A DNA stretch of 64,000 nt from Macrostomum lignano. Lineage: Eukaryota. The position numbers and the translations under genes are program-made. Below are positions 37,331-49,444 of the stretch, piece by piece. The notes beneath the pieces are model-generated. The model did not search any database. It worked only from the letters and a program-made list of their open reading frames with translations, and had not been told where the DNA came from. Each line of letters opens with the position of its first letter. Position 1 is the first letter of the stretch. The DNA lies in contig NIVC01000311.1 in the NCBI GenBank assembly GCA_002269645.1, forward strand, positions 13,202-77,201, written 5' to 3'.

Positions 37331-40300
37331 ATGCCCCAACGGCCAACATCCGTTTAAGCGATAATGTTTTGTTCAGAATCTTCAATAGAACCTTTTGGGC
37401 TCAGCCACAGAAACGCGCAAGAAAGAGGTCCTCACTCTAAATCAGACAACTTTAATTACTTTTTTCTAGATATCCGCCTACGTGACAAAAACAATATATA
37501 AACTGTAATACCTCTTAACACAGGTACTAAGATACGCCACAATCCGTCAAATTTAAGCGACACTGCGCAGACAACCACAGAAACAGTAGACTCTACTTTG
37601 CTTGTGACATATCCAGTTACCAGTATTCTAGTTATCTTTGCTCCGAAACGAACTGACAAAGGGTCAACTTAAAAAAATTGAAGTTGTAAGATAGCACAGA
37701 TAGATCTGCAAATCAGTGAAATATTAGGCTAAGCACTGATTGAAATACTTCGTAACTTACGAGTACATAATTCAGAGCTTCCTTAGCGAGTCGAGTTCAC
37801 ACTATACAGTGGGATAAATCGAGAAAGGTAGAGTTGAGAATTCAAGTAAATGCGCTTGAAATCTTTAAAATTTTCCTCCTGGATTTTCCTCAACTAGATA
37901 AACATTCTGAAGACTACTTGTCTGGGAAAACTACTTGTTCATCTTGCTGATTGTTCAACTTTCTCTTCTCTACAAAAACTACAATACTTTCTTATATTAT
38001 AGAATACAGCAAAAAAACATAGCACATACTCGTATTCTAAACACTGCGATGATAAAGGACAGAGCAGAAAAAAGCAACTTTCTTTAAGCACGAGACGGTA
38101 ACTCAGTGGCTTGTCGCAGAGGACTGAGTTGCGCGTCGGCCAGAGCGCAGCAACTGCCCTGCTAGTTATAGCCGCTGCGGGAGGCGCTGCCACCAGCAGA
38201 ATCGAGCTCAAGGGGTGGGGCGTCTGGGAAGGGGTTCCATTTTTTAGCGTCAGCAGACTTTGCTAACTCAAGGTTTGAGCTTTGGCCGCGGCGAGCAGCT
38301 TGCTTGGCTCACATTGCTTTGCTTGAGACTAATGGGCTTGAATTGTGTTTCGCCAATTTTAAGAGCTGCGTATTTGGCCGCTTGATATGGAATTGACTTA
38401 GGAGCTGGATTGCAACTTAGAGTTAGTCTTTCAAAGAACTCAGAATCACTTTGGGAACGTTGGGAACTAGGGCTTCCGCATTGAGTAGTCTCTGGTGTGT
38501 TGATCGCCGCACTCGACTCCTCGCTTGCCTCGAGCAAGCTTTCAGCTCTCGTCTGAAAAGGTAAGTTGCCACGAAAGCAAGCTTTACTGAGATAACAAGA
38601 GTTGATGAGTTGTGGATTCGAATATAAAAATAATAATTGCACCATGACGCAACCACTTTGGCGACATCGTCCCAGAACAAACGGTAAGGCAATTCTGTCC
38701 ATTCCGCTGACTACTGAGCACGCACATGTACATGTGCGCAGACACTGTGCGCAGGCACGCAATAACACACACGCTCATACAAGGTGTACAGCGGTCATGA
38801 CTTTCTAATCGTCAGGTCAAGGACCACTGAAGTCACTTCGTTAAACCTTCTTAAGTAGTCCTTGCGTCAGGTATGTACACCCTCTTTGCACAAGGGGTTG
38901 ACCCACAAGCCCAAAAATATGGCCGCGAAAGGAGAGAGATATGAGTGGATCAGGCGATCGGTGACAAACATTAGATCTTACTAGCAATATAGTGCCCCCT
39001 TCTATAAATAAAAAATAAGCAAGGGACTAAAATTATTTATGTGAATCTCTTATGCCTAAGCGATTCCTCCCGTAAGCCTTGACATCTTAGCAATTCCCCC
39101 CGTAAACAAGGAATTCCCTGGTTTACTGGTGCAGGACATCTCAGAAATTCCCCCAGTAAGCCTTGACATCTCAGCAATTCCCCAGTAGACATTTGACGCG
39201 TTTGACGTGACGCAACTTTTATGCTTAATATTTTTAATATAGTCATGTTTTCAGCTAGTGCAATAATCCCTTTTTCATCAAGTGTAATAATCATTTTCTC
39301 ATCAAGTGTAATAATCCCTTTCTAAGTTTAGTGAAATAATCCCTTTTACAGTCATTGCATAATCCTTTTCTCAGCTAGTTAGATCTTGTTTGTTATTTTT
39401 AGTCTATAACCCTCTAGTAAAGTCCTACTTTGATCTGGAGTAGGTTAGCGGGCCCGCTTCCACTCCAGCTGGCTTGTTTTAAAAGGCCATTGTTCCGATT
39501 GCATTTGACTATTCTATTGCTTATGAGTATGACCGATCTAGTTTTACGGCTACACTCACCATAACAATATAATCGAGGGTGGTGGGAAAAGCAAGGGCTG
39601 AGCAGTGGGAAGACTATCGGGGGAGAACTGAAAGGAAACGGAAAGGTTGCTTAACTCCATGAGACCATTGGCTGGATTGGCCAACGATTGGGAGCAGAAA
39701 GTTGAGCAACTGACTTAGGAAATTTTTAGCAAATGAAGCCATTGCCCTGGCTTGGACAGTCTCCAGTGCAGGTGCACCAAAAGCCACCTCTTTCCACATT
39801 CCACGGACTGACTGGCAATAGGAATAGATCTTACTGGTACAGAGCCAAAACTGGGCAGCTAGAGTCTAGACAGAATTCTAACTGGAAGAGAAGGCTCACT
39901 TTTTCGTTGGCTAAAAGCGGACACAACCGGGCCGAGTCATTTGGCTTATTTAAACGGCCTGCCTTTCCCCGTCTCAGTCCCATTGACTAAGCGGGTTTTG
40001 AGGTGGGCAGGCTCTTGACAAGGCTTGGGAGTTTTTTGCCATGAACAGGAGACAAACCCTTATGGGGGGGGGGGCGAGGAAATTTGGAGAGCCTGGTAAA
40101 TCAGTGCTGTTTCTGTGTCTGTGATGCATACAGGGTAAAAGCCTAAAGGGCCCCCACTTGAAAGCTGCACCCATGGACATTGGGTGTACCGTTGCTCGCA
40201 TGCTTTTAAGGATGCTTTTTCACCTCAAATGAAAAATGCGCTATAAAAATGCGATATGATACATTAATTATTTATCAGAGAGTATAGGCAGAGAAAAAGA

Positions 40301-40339
40301 ATGGGTTACAAAATGTGCAGCTTACAGCTGCAGGTCAGG

Positions 40340-40712
40340 CGGGTCGCCATCATAAGCTCGAAAAATCACATCGTCGAAAACTGATTTAGCAGCCACCATC
40401 ACAAGCTCGAAAAGTCATAAGCTCGAAAAACACATCGTCGAAAAGTTTAGCAACCATCATCACAACCTCGAAAAGGCACAAGCTCTAACCCTAACCCCAA
40501 CCCTAACTTAACCCTAAAGGCACAAGTTCTAACCCCCGACCCTACCTAAACCCTAACACTAAGGCATAAGCTCTAACCCTAACCCTATTCGAGCTTGTAA
40601 TGGTGGTTGCTAGACTTATCGAAGATATGATTTTTCGAGCTTATGACTTTTCGAGCTTGTAATGGTGGATGCTTTTTGACGATGGAATTTTTCGAGCTTG
40701 TGATGGGCCTCC
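40340..40712. mobile_element. Foldback/MITE-like element with about 120-bp imperfect inverted arms and a central CCCTAA-rich core
   Basis: CCACCATCACAAGCTCGAAAAGTCATAAGCTCGAAAA (about 40396) is inverted at about 40635-40670; the core 40485-40587 has CTAACCCTAACCC motifs. Confidence 0.7.
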
Positions 40713-41049
40713 GGTCAGGCTGTGCAACTGCAAGTAAAAAAATACAAAGAACGATTCAATTTTCCGGAGAAGAAAGCAGAATATTTTTCACGTGCTTCCT
40801 TTGCATGATCCTCAACTATTGGAAAAATGGTTGCGACGAATTCGAAGGGTAAATTACCAAAAGTTCCAACCCACGACAGAATCTCAACTGTGCTCGCTAT
40901 ACTTTATTGCTACCGGTTTTCACACGTCACAAGATTCTCAATCACGTCACTGAGAAACAGCGACACTTAAACGTAAGGAGTGATACTGTGCCGTTTATAA
41001 AACAGCAACAAAAATAAAAAGCTGTCAGCCAGTCAAGCGAGTAATGAGA

Positions 41050-41810
41050 TGTAAGGACAACGTCACAGGGCACGTTTCAAGGCCTGGGCGCGAACGTAGG
41101 CCGCACCGCCGGCAGTGTCCGGGGCGCCAGCATCAACCAGCAGGCAGTCGACAAAACGCCAAGTGCGCGCCTGCCCCCGCCGGTAGGGTGCCTGCAGCGT
41201 CAGTAGCAGCACCTCCCGCTCCGGTTGCGGGCAGTTCGACTCGGCTCGGATGATACGCTGGTATGGCTTGCCAGCTGGAGTCGCCGACGGCGCAAAATTT
41301 CGCTGGGACGCGACAGGCCGGTACAGCGATAGAGTGGCGCATTGGTGACGTGCTCGAAGCCGATCTTGAAGGCGGCGCGCAGCAGGCCAGCGTGTGCCGC
41401 ATCCACCAGATGTTCGAGCGAATCCGTCAGCATCCAGGTCTCGGCGTTGTACAACAGGATGTTCTCGATCGCCTCCTGGAACAACGCCGCCCTCTGGCGT
41501 TCAGGCAGGGCCTCGGACTGCAGGACAGCTTTTTTGACAGCCCTCACGGAACGGAAGGCAGCTCAGGCAAGTCCACGGCGACGTCGCAGATCCTCGCGAA
41601 CGTCAGGCACCAGACCGCCGAGGTAGACGAACTGCTGACAGTACGGAAGCTTCCTCATCTGTCCGTCAGCGCCTCGGTGTCGCCCAGCACGCATAGCACG
41701 ACGGTCTTCTGTGTGTTGACCCCAGGCCGACGCTCGCCGCAAAGCTCACCAGTCGGTCCAGCTGGCGTTGGGCGCCATCGACGGTCGGCAGTAAGAGACT
41801 CCTGCGTCAA
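41050..41810 (-). mobile_element. 5'-truncated RTE-type non-LTR retrotransposon fragment (RT C-terminus)
   Basis: FVYLGGLVPDVREDLRRRRGLA*AAFRSVRAV...IENILLYNAETWMLT...HVTNAPLY...LRRRRLQLASH...RRGQARTWRFVD is typical of the RTE/RTEX ORF end; an internal stop and frameshifts are present. Confidence 0.82.
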
Positions 41811-41886
41811 CAATGCTTTGCTTATCTATAGTTATCTAGAATTCTATGAGCTAGAGGCCTCACACCGAAGATGGCGCCATATCTAT

Positions 41887-42258
41887 CTAAACATTGGCTA
41901 TACGCCTGTCGAGAACATTATCGAACGCCTCCTCGGTAGCTGTGGCGGTGGCGGTGGCGGAGGCAGTGGCGGAGGCGGTTGTCGCTACCGTCGCCTCGTC
42001 TGGTCCGACGCGCCTGGAGTTGGCATTGTTCTCCAGCTCTTCGCTGCCCTGCGGCACCGCTTTCCTCTGGCAGTCGAAGTCCTCGTAGTCGAACTCGCGA
42101 CTGGCGTTGAACACGGAGTCCATGCCCATGAACAGGATGTAGAATCCGTAGAAGCCGATCTGCAGAGCTCCAACCAAGAAGCAAGCTGTCAGCACAGCTG
42201 CATGAAATGGGTATTCAGCCTCGCTGGTCAGCGTTGCATTGATGGCATTCAATGCCAT
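41887..42258 (-). pseudogene. Truncated copy of the orphan single-TM gene (123 aa)
   Basis: Near-identical to the first 114 codons of ORF 51346-52287, then joined to sequence equivalent to about 50490, i.e. a deletion of about 1.4 kb. Confidence 0.6.
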
Positions 42259-44882
42259 GCATGCACAAGAAAATCGAATAGAAAAATCTCTGTGTGGACC
42301 ACTGGAGTTCGCGGTTGATCAGTGATTGATCAAGAAAGAAGAAGAGCGCCTTGATGATTCTGACTTAACGGCCATAGGCAATGAAGAATCGGACTTCTTG
42401 AACTTTAGGTACTGTACATCAGGTCAACATCAGATTAAAATCGGGTCAACATCAGGAAAATATCAAACATTAATATTATATTTACCCATCTTAAATACCC
42501 ATCCATCGTTTCTACATAGGCGTCAGTACGCTGGCTTCCAGTCCGCTGGTGTTAGGCCTCCCTGACCCAACCAAAATTCAAAACCACTCATTATACTAAA
42601 TTGTTTTGTTGTGAATAATCACCGCAGGCCTTGACGCAATAGCCATGATTGGTGGTTCGAATTCAATTGCTGATAATAAAATCCAGCAACCCTTTCCCAG
42701 CCCCCTGCGCTCCACTGAGCTGGTAGCTACAATTGCTATAAACTCAAGAGCCCATGGATTAAATTGTTTTTGCTCCAGCAGCAGGCAGAAGTCCCGAGTC
42801 GATAGCAGTTGTTCAGTCTCGACTCTCTTCGCAAGACCACACGCAAGCTGCACTACAAAGGCTGGGCTTATATGCAAGTTCAGTTGAAAAATAGAACTTA
42901 GGCAAGTCAAACTAACTTCAACCCACGGACATTTGATTTGTTGATTACTTTGCTAAGTTTTTGCTGTTGCTAATTCCCTCGCAGGGTTCATGCCGATCGC
43001 GCAGCATCAGAAACTGCACGGCTTCAAATGGGCTGCGCCAGAGATCGGCAGGCTCCAGCTCGGTCGGATGAGCAGATAGGGCAGTTCAACAGATATAGGC
43101 TGTCGTGCGAGGCCGCGCCGCAGTCCGGGCGGTCTCAGGGTTCAGCCGTGGTAGCCACAAAGCATGGGGCTGAGGTCTGAGCGCCGCTGAGCTAGTAGGC
43201 AGCGGGTGCCGCGTGGCAACAACCGCTCGGACTCGCAGATAGCGGGGCGCAGAGTCTGAAAGGCAGTCGATGCAGTCTCACACGATAGGCGCATATTGTG
43301 CTCACCTCTCCCTGTCCCAGGCTGCCGCGACGTCAAGGACCACCCGGGGGGCGACTGGCTGTCAGGAGTCGTCAAAATGTGGTGCCGTGGAGCCGCCGGC
43401 TGTTGGAAAGTTGGTGGCAAAGATTCTCTGGGCGTCGGGAGGCCAGCAATAACTGAAGCGGCAGTTGCCTATTGTGCCGGAGGACGCGGATGGGAGCATC
43501 TGCGTCTCGCAATGGAGGTCGGCAGAGGCCCTAAATCCCGAAATTCCCTGTCGAATGTACCGACTGTGTTGGGGTGATGACGGAATGCTTGAGAGACCAG
43601 CTGAGAATGTCTAGCATTTGAGGTTTCCCCACTGTCGAGGCTTGATCAGCGAAACGCAAGAAATTCGCATCAGGGCGTATTCATAGTCACCTGGTGCCAC
43701 CTGTTGAAGGTCCAGAAGCTCCGCCAGGGAAAAAGCCAGTGACCAACGAAGTCAGAGCTGATATATGCAGACACATGTGGTTGACATGCTGATGAAAATT
43801 GGAGGCTTGGCAAGGCTGCACTAAGGCGCAGTGCTGATTGGTGCACAGGGGTGTACTGAATACACTGGCGCTTATGGGAAAAATCCGACTTTCTGGCAGA
43901 ATTGTCGAATATATCGACGGTCCGGAGAGCTGGAGATTTGGTTCTTGTTCGAGAAGGTGCACAACAAATAGTTGATTTCTTGAATTTCGTGTGCTTGCCC
44001 CCCCTTGGTAGTTCTTGGGAAATAGCTTATTACTCCTACGGTTATTGTGGATGCTCCGACAGTGACCATGGCTTGGAGTTCTAGGATTCCAAAGCCAACT
44101 GACTTGAATCAAAACTGGCTTTTGATTATCAGACGCGGTTCGCAAATTTGCTTAAAATTTCACCTTCAAAAAAGTGCGCGTCACGAACTCGAAAATTCAC
44201 GAGCTCTAGATTCGACAATGTGAACTTACGAGCTCACCTTTTGCCCCCCAGAATGTGAGCAGCAAAGAAATTTTTGACAAGCAGCAACCAACTCGCACGT
44301 TGACCACAGATACACTGACACCTCAATCAAGTTTACGCATCAAGTCATGCACCACTCATGGAAAAATGAGTTTATTGTATTGGTGTTGATTATAACGTGT
44401 GAGCGGTGAATAAAGTTCTGAATAAATTTCTGACGCCCAGATAACAAAGCTGGAAAATTACCATATATTTGGATGCAGGAGTAAATAAATATTGGGACTT
44501 CTACAATATTTTATAATCTAAAACGGATCCGTATTGATATAAGCTTTGCGATGCATCAAAAGCGGTGAGCTACGAATCAAACGGTTGTCAATTACGGCTA
44601 GTTCAGTAACAGCGCAGATACAAAGATTAAAAATATAATTTCTGAATATCATTGAATATGAATAATGGGAACTACTTGTGTGTAGACTGTCGGATTTTAT
44701 TGCCTACCTCTTTGATCAAACCAAAAATTTATCTAAAACTTCAAACTGTGAACAGCAAAATATCCCAAGCACTGCTTCAAAGCTACAAGCCCAGCCTAGA
44801 GCAGGCAACACATGCAGTAATGCCACTTGCGAAATCCAAAAACAATTTCAGATCAGTTTTTTCTTTTTTCAACTTCTTTGGC

Positions 44883-47800
44883 TCAGAAAATCCGGTCTGG
44901 CGCGAGCTCCTGACGCTCTTCGTCGAAGTCCATGAAGAGAACGAAGAGCAGCAGGCAGAGCAGCGCCTGCGAGCCGATCAGATGCCACAGGTCGTGCTGG
45001 TCGAACGGCAGGCCAAACAGATGCCACAAACAGTCGTTGTTGGATTCTCGGGACTCAGCCGGGCTGCCTTCCCATTCGGTTGGAGCTTTGAAGAAATAGA
45101 CTGCGGCCCAGACGGAAAAGCTGACAAAAAGCAGGAAAAAAAAGACCACAGCAGTTCCTCGGCAGCGGAGCTTTCCAAGTGGCATATTTTCCCTGGGTCT
45201 CGTCTTTCTGCAACACTTTCGAATGCAGTAATAAAGGAAGTATAGACTTGCAGATCCGGCAGTCACAGCCAGAAGGAAATTTGCAAATAGAAAATGTTCA
45301 TGTAGAAATCCAACTAGAAAACTGGCGATTCCAGCGGCAAAACAGACAAAAGCAGCTAAGAACGTAAGAAAATGCTGCAACAACTGCTTTTTCCGAACGA
45401 TCAAAGCAATAACAGCCAGCAGCAGCAGCACACCACCCAGCAGGCCAAACACGAATTTTCGGTTAATCAAGGAAAACAGAATGCCCAGCGAGTTCACCAG
45501 CACCGTGACGCCCAACGCAACGAAGGTGACGTTGGCGACCGAGCCGGAGCTGAGGTGCCGCTTGCTGTAGACAGCCAGGCCCAGCATGCTGGAAAGCATG
45601 ATCATGAAGGTCGTGTCGAACTGGAAGGTGTTGTGCGACGGGCAGATGTGGTAGCAGGCGGAGAGCACGCCCTCCATGGCCAGCGCCAGACCGGCGGCGT
45701 AGTGAGCCGAGTAGCAGCGAGGAATGACGACCGGTCTGGAGCCCTCGGGTGATGTGTGACAAGTGGCGGATTCTCAGTCGTAGTCTCTAGTGGTTCTTGA
45801 TCAGTTGGCAGCGCCGGACCGGCAGCGTAGTGAGCCGAGTAGCTGCGAGGAATGGAGATCTTTGGCTCTTGAACAGCTGCCTAAAGTAGATAAGATGCAA
45901 AAGCATTTGGTAGTTTTAGTCATTTTTAGCTTTAGTTAGTTTTAGGAGGGTAGAAAAAAGTAAACTTAAGGGCAACAACTTTGTTTTAAAGTTCACATGT
46001 ATTTAGGGTAACTAGGCTAACCAGAGATCTCACCTGTGTCTGGTCATGGAAAAGTTGCTTCCAAAGGACAACTACCATGAACACTATTCCGGCCGTTACG
46101 TAGCCCGCATTCGAAACCGCATTGTTGAATGCAAAAAATGTCGTCAGCTCTGTTTTTACATTAAAGCGGCACTTGAAATTATAGTAGCACTCATCCAAGT
46201 TTCCGACGGAGCTGATGGAGTCCTGCTGGAGCAGCACCAGCTGAAAAACTGGCAGACAGTAGAAGATGGCTAGGGCCGTCAGCTGCATCACGAGGCTGGC
46301 ATGATGCATTTTTTGCTGCCTTTCTGGCTGTTCTTGGTTGCCAGCATCGTTAATCTCAGGAGGATCGGGCTGGTCGTTGCCAGCATTGATATTCACAGGA
46401 GGATCGGGCTGGTCGTTGCCAGCATTGATATTCACAGGAGGATCGGGCTGGTCGTTACCAGCATTGATATTCATAGGAGGATCGGGCTGGTCGTTGCCAG
46501 CATTGATATTCACAGGAAGATCGGGCTGGTCGTTGCCAGCATTGATATTCACAGGAGGATCGGGCTGGTCGTTGCCAGCATTGATATTCACAGGAGGATC
46601 GGGCTGGTCGTTACCAGCATTGATATTCATAGGAGGATCGGGCTGGTCGTTGCCAGCATTGATATTCACAGGAAGATCGGGCTGGTCGTTGCCAGCATTG
46701 ATATTCACAGGAAGATCGGGCTGGTCGTTGCCAGAATTGATATTCACAGGAAGATCGGGCTGGTCGTTGCCAGCATTGATATTCACAGGAGGATCGGACT
46801 GGTCGTTGCCAGAATTGATATTCACAGGAGGATCGGGCTGGTCGTTGCCAGCATTGATATTCACAGGAGGATCGGGCTGGTCGTTGCCAGCATTGATATT
46901 CACAGGAGGATCGGGCTGGTCGTTGCCAGCATTGATATTCACAGGAGGATCGGGCTGGTCGTTTCCAGCATTGATATTCACAGGAGGATCGGGCTGGTCG
47001 TTGCCAGCATTGATATTCACAGGAGGATCGGGCTGGTCGTTGCCAGCATTGATATTCACAGGAGGATCGGGCTGGTCGTTGCCAGCATTGATATTCACAG
47101 GAGGATCGGACTGGTCGTTGCCAGCATTGATATTCACAGGAGGATCGGGCTGGTCGTTGCCAGCATTGATATTCACAGGAGGATCGGGCTGGTCGTTGCC
47201 AGCATTGATATTCACAGGAGGATCGGGCTGGTCGTTGCCAGCATTGATATTCACAGGAGGATCGGGCTGGTCGTTGCCAGCATTGATATTCACAGGAGGA
47301 TCGGGCTGGTCGTTGCCAGCATTGATATTCACAGGAGGATCGGGCTGGTCGTTGCCAGCATTGATATTCACAGGAGGATCGGGCTGGTCGTTTCCAGCAT
47401 TGATATTCACAGGAGGATCGGGCTGGTCGTTGCCAGCATTGATATTCACAGGAGGATCGGGCTGGTCGTTGCCAGCATTGATATTCACAGGAGGATCGGG
47501 CTGGTCGTTGCCAGCATTGATATTCACAGGAGGATCGGACTGGTCGTTGCCAGCATTGATATTCACAGGAGGATCGGGCTGGTCGTTGCCAGCATTGATA
47601 TTCACAGGAGGATCGGGCTGGTCGTTGCCAGCATCGTTAATCTCAGGAGGATCGGGCTGGTCGTTGCCAGCATTGATATTCACAGGAGGATCGGGCTGGT
47701 CGTTGCCAGCATTGATATTCACAGGAGGATCGGACTGGTCGTTGCCAGCATTGATATTCACAGGAGGATCGGGCTGGTCGTTGCCAGCATTGATATTCAT

Positions 47801-49011
47801 AGGAGGATCGGGCTGGTCGTTGCCAGCATTGATATTCACAGGAGGATCGGACTGGTCGTTGCCAGCATTGATATTCACAGGAGGATCGGGCTGGTCGTTG
47901 CCAGCATTGATATTCACAGGAAGATCGGGCTGGTCGTTGCCAGCATTGATATTCACAGGAGGATCGGGCTGGTCGTTGCCAGCATTGATATTCACAGGAG
48001 GATCGGGCTGGTCGTTGCCAGCATTGATATTCACAGGAGGATCGGACTGGTCGTTGCCAGCATTGATATTCACAGGAGGATCGGGCTGGTCGTTGCCAGC
48101 ATTGATATTCACAGGAGGATCGGGCTGGTCGTTGCCGCAGCACTGGAATTGCATGCAGTACAAGCTGAAACTGCAATTGCAATCGCATCCGCAGCCACAA
48201 GCAATAACATGACGAAAGTCTTCTTCATCTTTAATTTGATCAAACACTGTTAACGAATTCCCACACAGGTATCCAATAACAGCAACTACAAGCAGGATAA
48301 GACCTAAAACAAGCAAGATAACAAAACAGAGTAGCTTTTTGAAAAACCAAAGAAGCAGAACAACGAAGGAAAGAGCGAAACTTATCACAGAGAAGTAGAA
48401 AGATACAAAAGCCAATATGCTCAAAATAGTAAGTTTGCAGCTTTGATCATAAAAAATAAAAGCCACAAGTATCGCCACAGCGCAGTCTATAACGCCTAAA
48501 AGAAAAGTCAAACCAACAAGTGCCCACTCTGCCGAGTCGGGCATGGCGATCTGCTCAACCTTGATCGTGACGCTCTTGCTGGGAAACCACTGTCGCCGTT
48601 CCTGCTCCCAGTTGGCAAGGCAGTTTCGGTTGTCCGGAAACGCCGTCAGCACCACAAGGAAGCTGGAATTAAACTCGTCACGCCTCATCAAGATGACGGA
48701 GCTGGACAGCAGCGTCTGTCTGAAGCCTCGCTGGAGCACGGACGGCGGCACCTGATCAGCGGGGCAGCGGCTTCTCTGCACGGACACCAAACCGCATGCG
48801 GAGTCGTTCGACTCGACCAGAATGCGGACGGCTCTCAGTTCCGTGAAGTTTGCTCGGCCTGAGTCGAAGTCGAAGAAGAAGAGCTGCGGACCGGACGGCT
48901 GCAGCAGAACCTGGACCGGCTCTCCAAGCGACAGTCGAAAATTCGAAGCGAGTTGAGCTCTAGCACTCACAGTGACGAGCGCAGCTGACTCGGTAGTCAC
49001 CCGCAGATACA

Positions 49012-49060
<49 letters not shown>

Positions 49061-49444
49061 ATCAGGTGTCTGAGTACTCAAATGCGGTGGGCAGATGGTC
49101 CTGGTCACCGACTGGAAGCTCTCTACAGCGCTCTGTTCGCCAGTGCTGCTCACATCAACAAAGGTGTAAGGCAACAACCAGGTGTGCAGTGTCAGTTGCT
49201 GCCTGACAACTACAAGAAGTGACGCATTCGAGTAGCTGGTCGTCTCCAATCGAAGAGCTACAGTTTCATTTCCAGGCTGAGTATATTTCACAAGAACTTC
49301 GAGTGCACGTTTAGAGCTGATGGTAAAGTTGCGGGCTTGACCAAGCGGAAGTGTCGGTTGAGTTTGAGCTGCAGCTGGTTGCGATGGCAGAACCAGGAAT
49401 GCCAGCAACAGCACCAGCCTAAGCGTTGAGAACAGCCGAGTCAT
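44883..49444 (-). CDS. sid-1: SID-1/SIDT transmembrane family protein, copy C; exons (minus) 49444-46034, 45880-44883; about 46 x 13-aa repeat insertion; apparent 1-nt frameshift near 45735-45770
   Basis: Same SID-1 motifs as copy B (ACYHICP, FQFDTTFM, QHDLWH, DRIF stop); exon 1 is a continuous 1137-codon frame; intron position is conserved with copy B. Confidence 0.9.
46340..48135 (-). repeat. Coding minisatellite, 39-bp unit (GCTGGCAACGACCAGCCCGATCCTCCTGTGAATATCAAT = AGNDQPDPPVNIN), about 46 copies, in SID copy C exon 1
   Basis: Direct tandem periodicity, in frame with flanking SID-1 sequence on both sides. Confidence 0.96.

Noticed and set aside
36538-37357. ORFs GRGGAGAEEVLGQRRCW / PAPPLPQHLLCPSTSS
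   Set aside because: Translations of a 17-bp array that is absent from the paralogous unit.
37939-38808. Several 64-166-aa ORFs in the unit 1 insertion
   Set aside because: No motifs, no coherent splice structure, and composition unlike the GC-rich exons elsewhere.
42690-44280. 1.6-kb insertion in unit 2 that might be an LTR or LINE remnant
   Set aside because: No recognisable RT, integrase or protease motif in any frame by eye; left unassigned.
46301-48253. 650-aa and 624-aa plus-strand ORFs (IGLVVASIDIHRR; GGSGWSLPALIFT)
   Set aside because: Antisense shadows of the 39-bp coding repeat; they are open only because the unit is a multiple of 3 and lacks stops.
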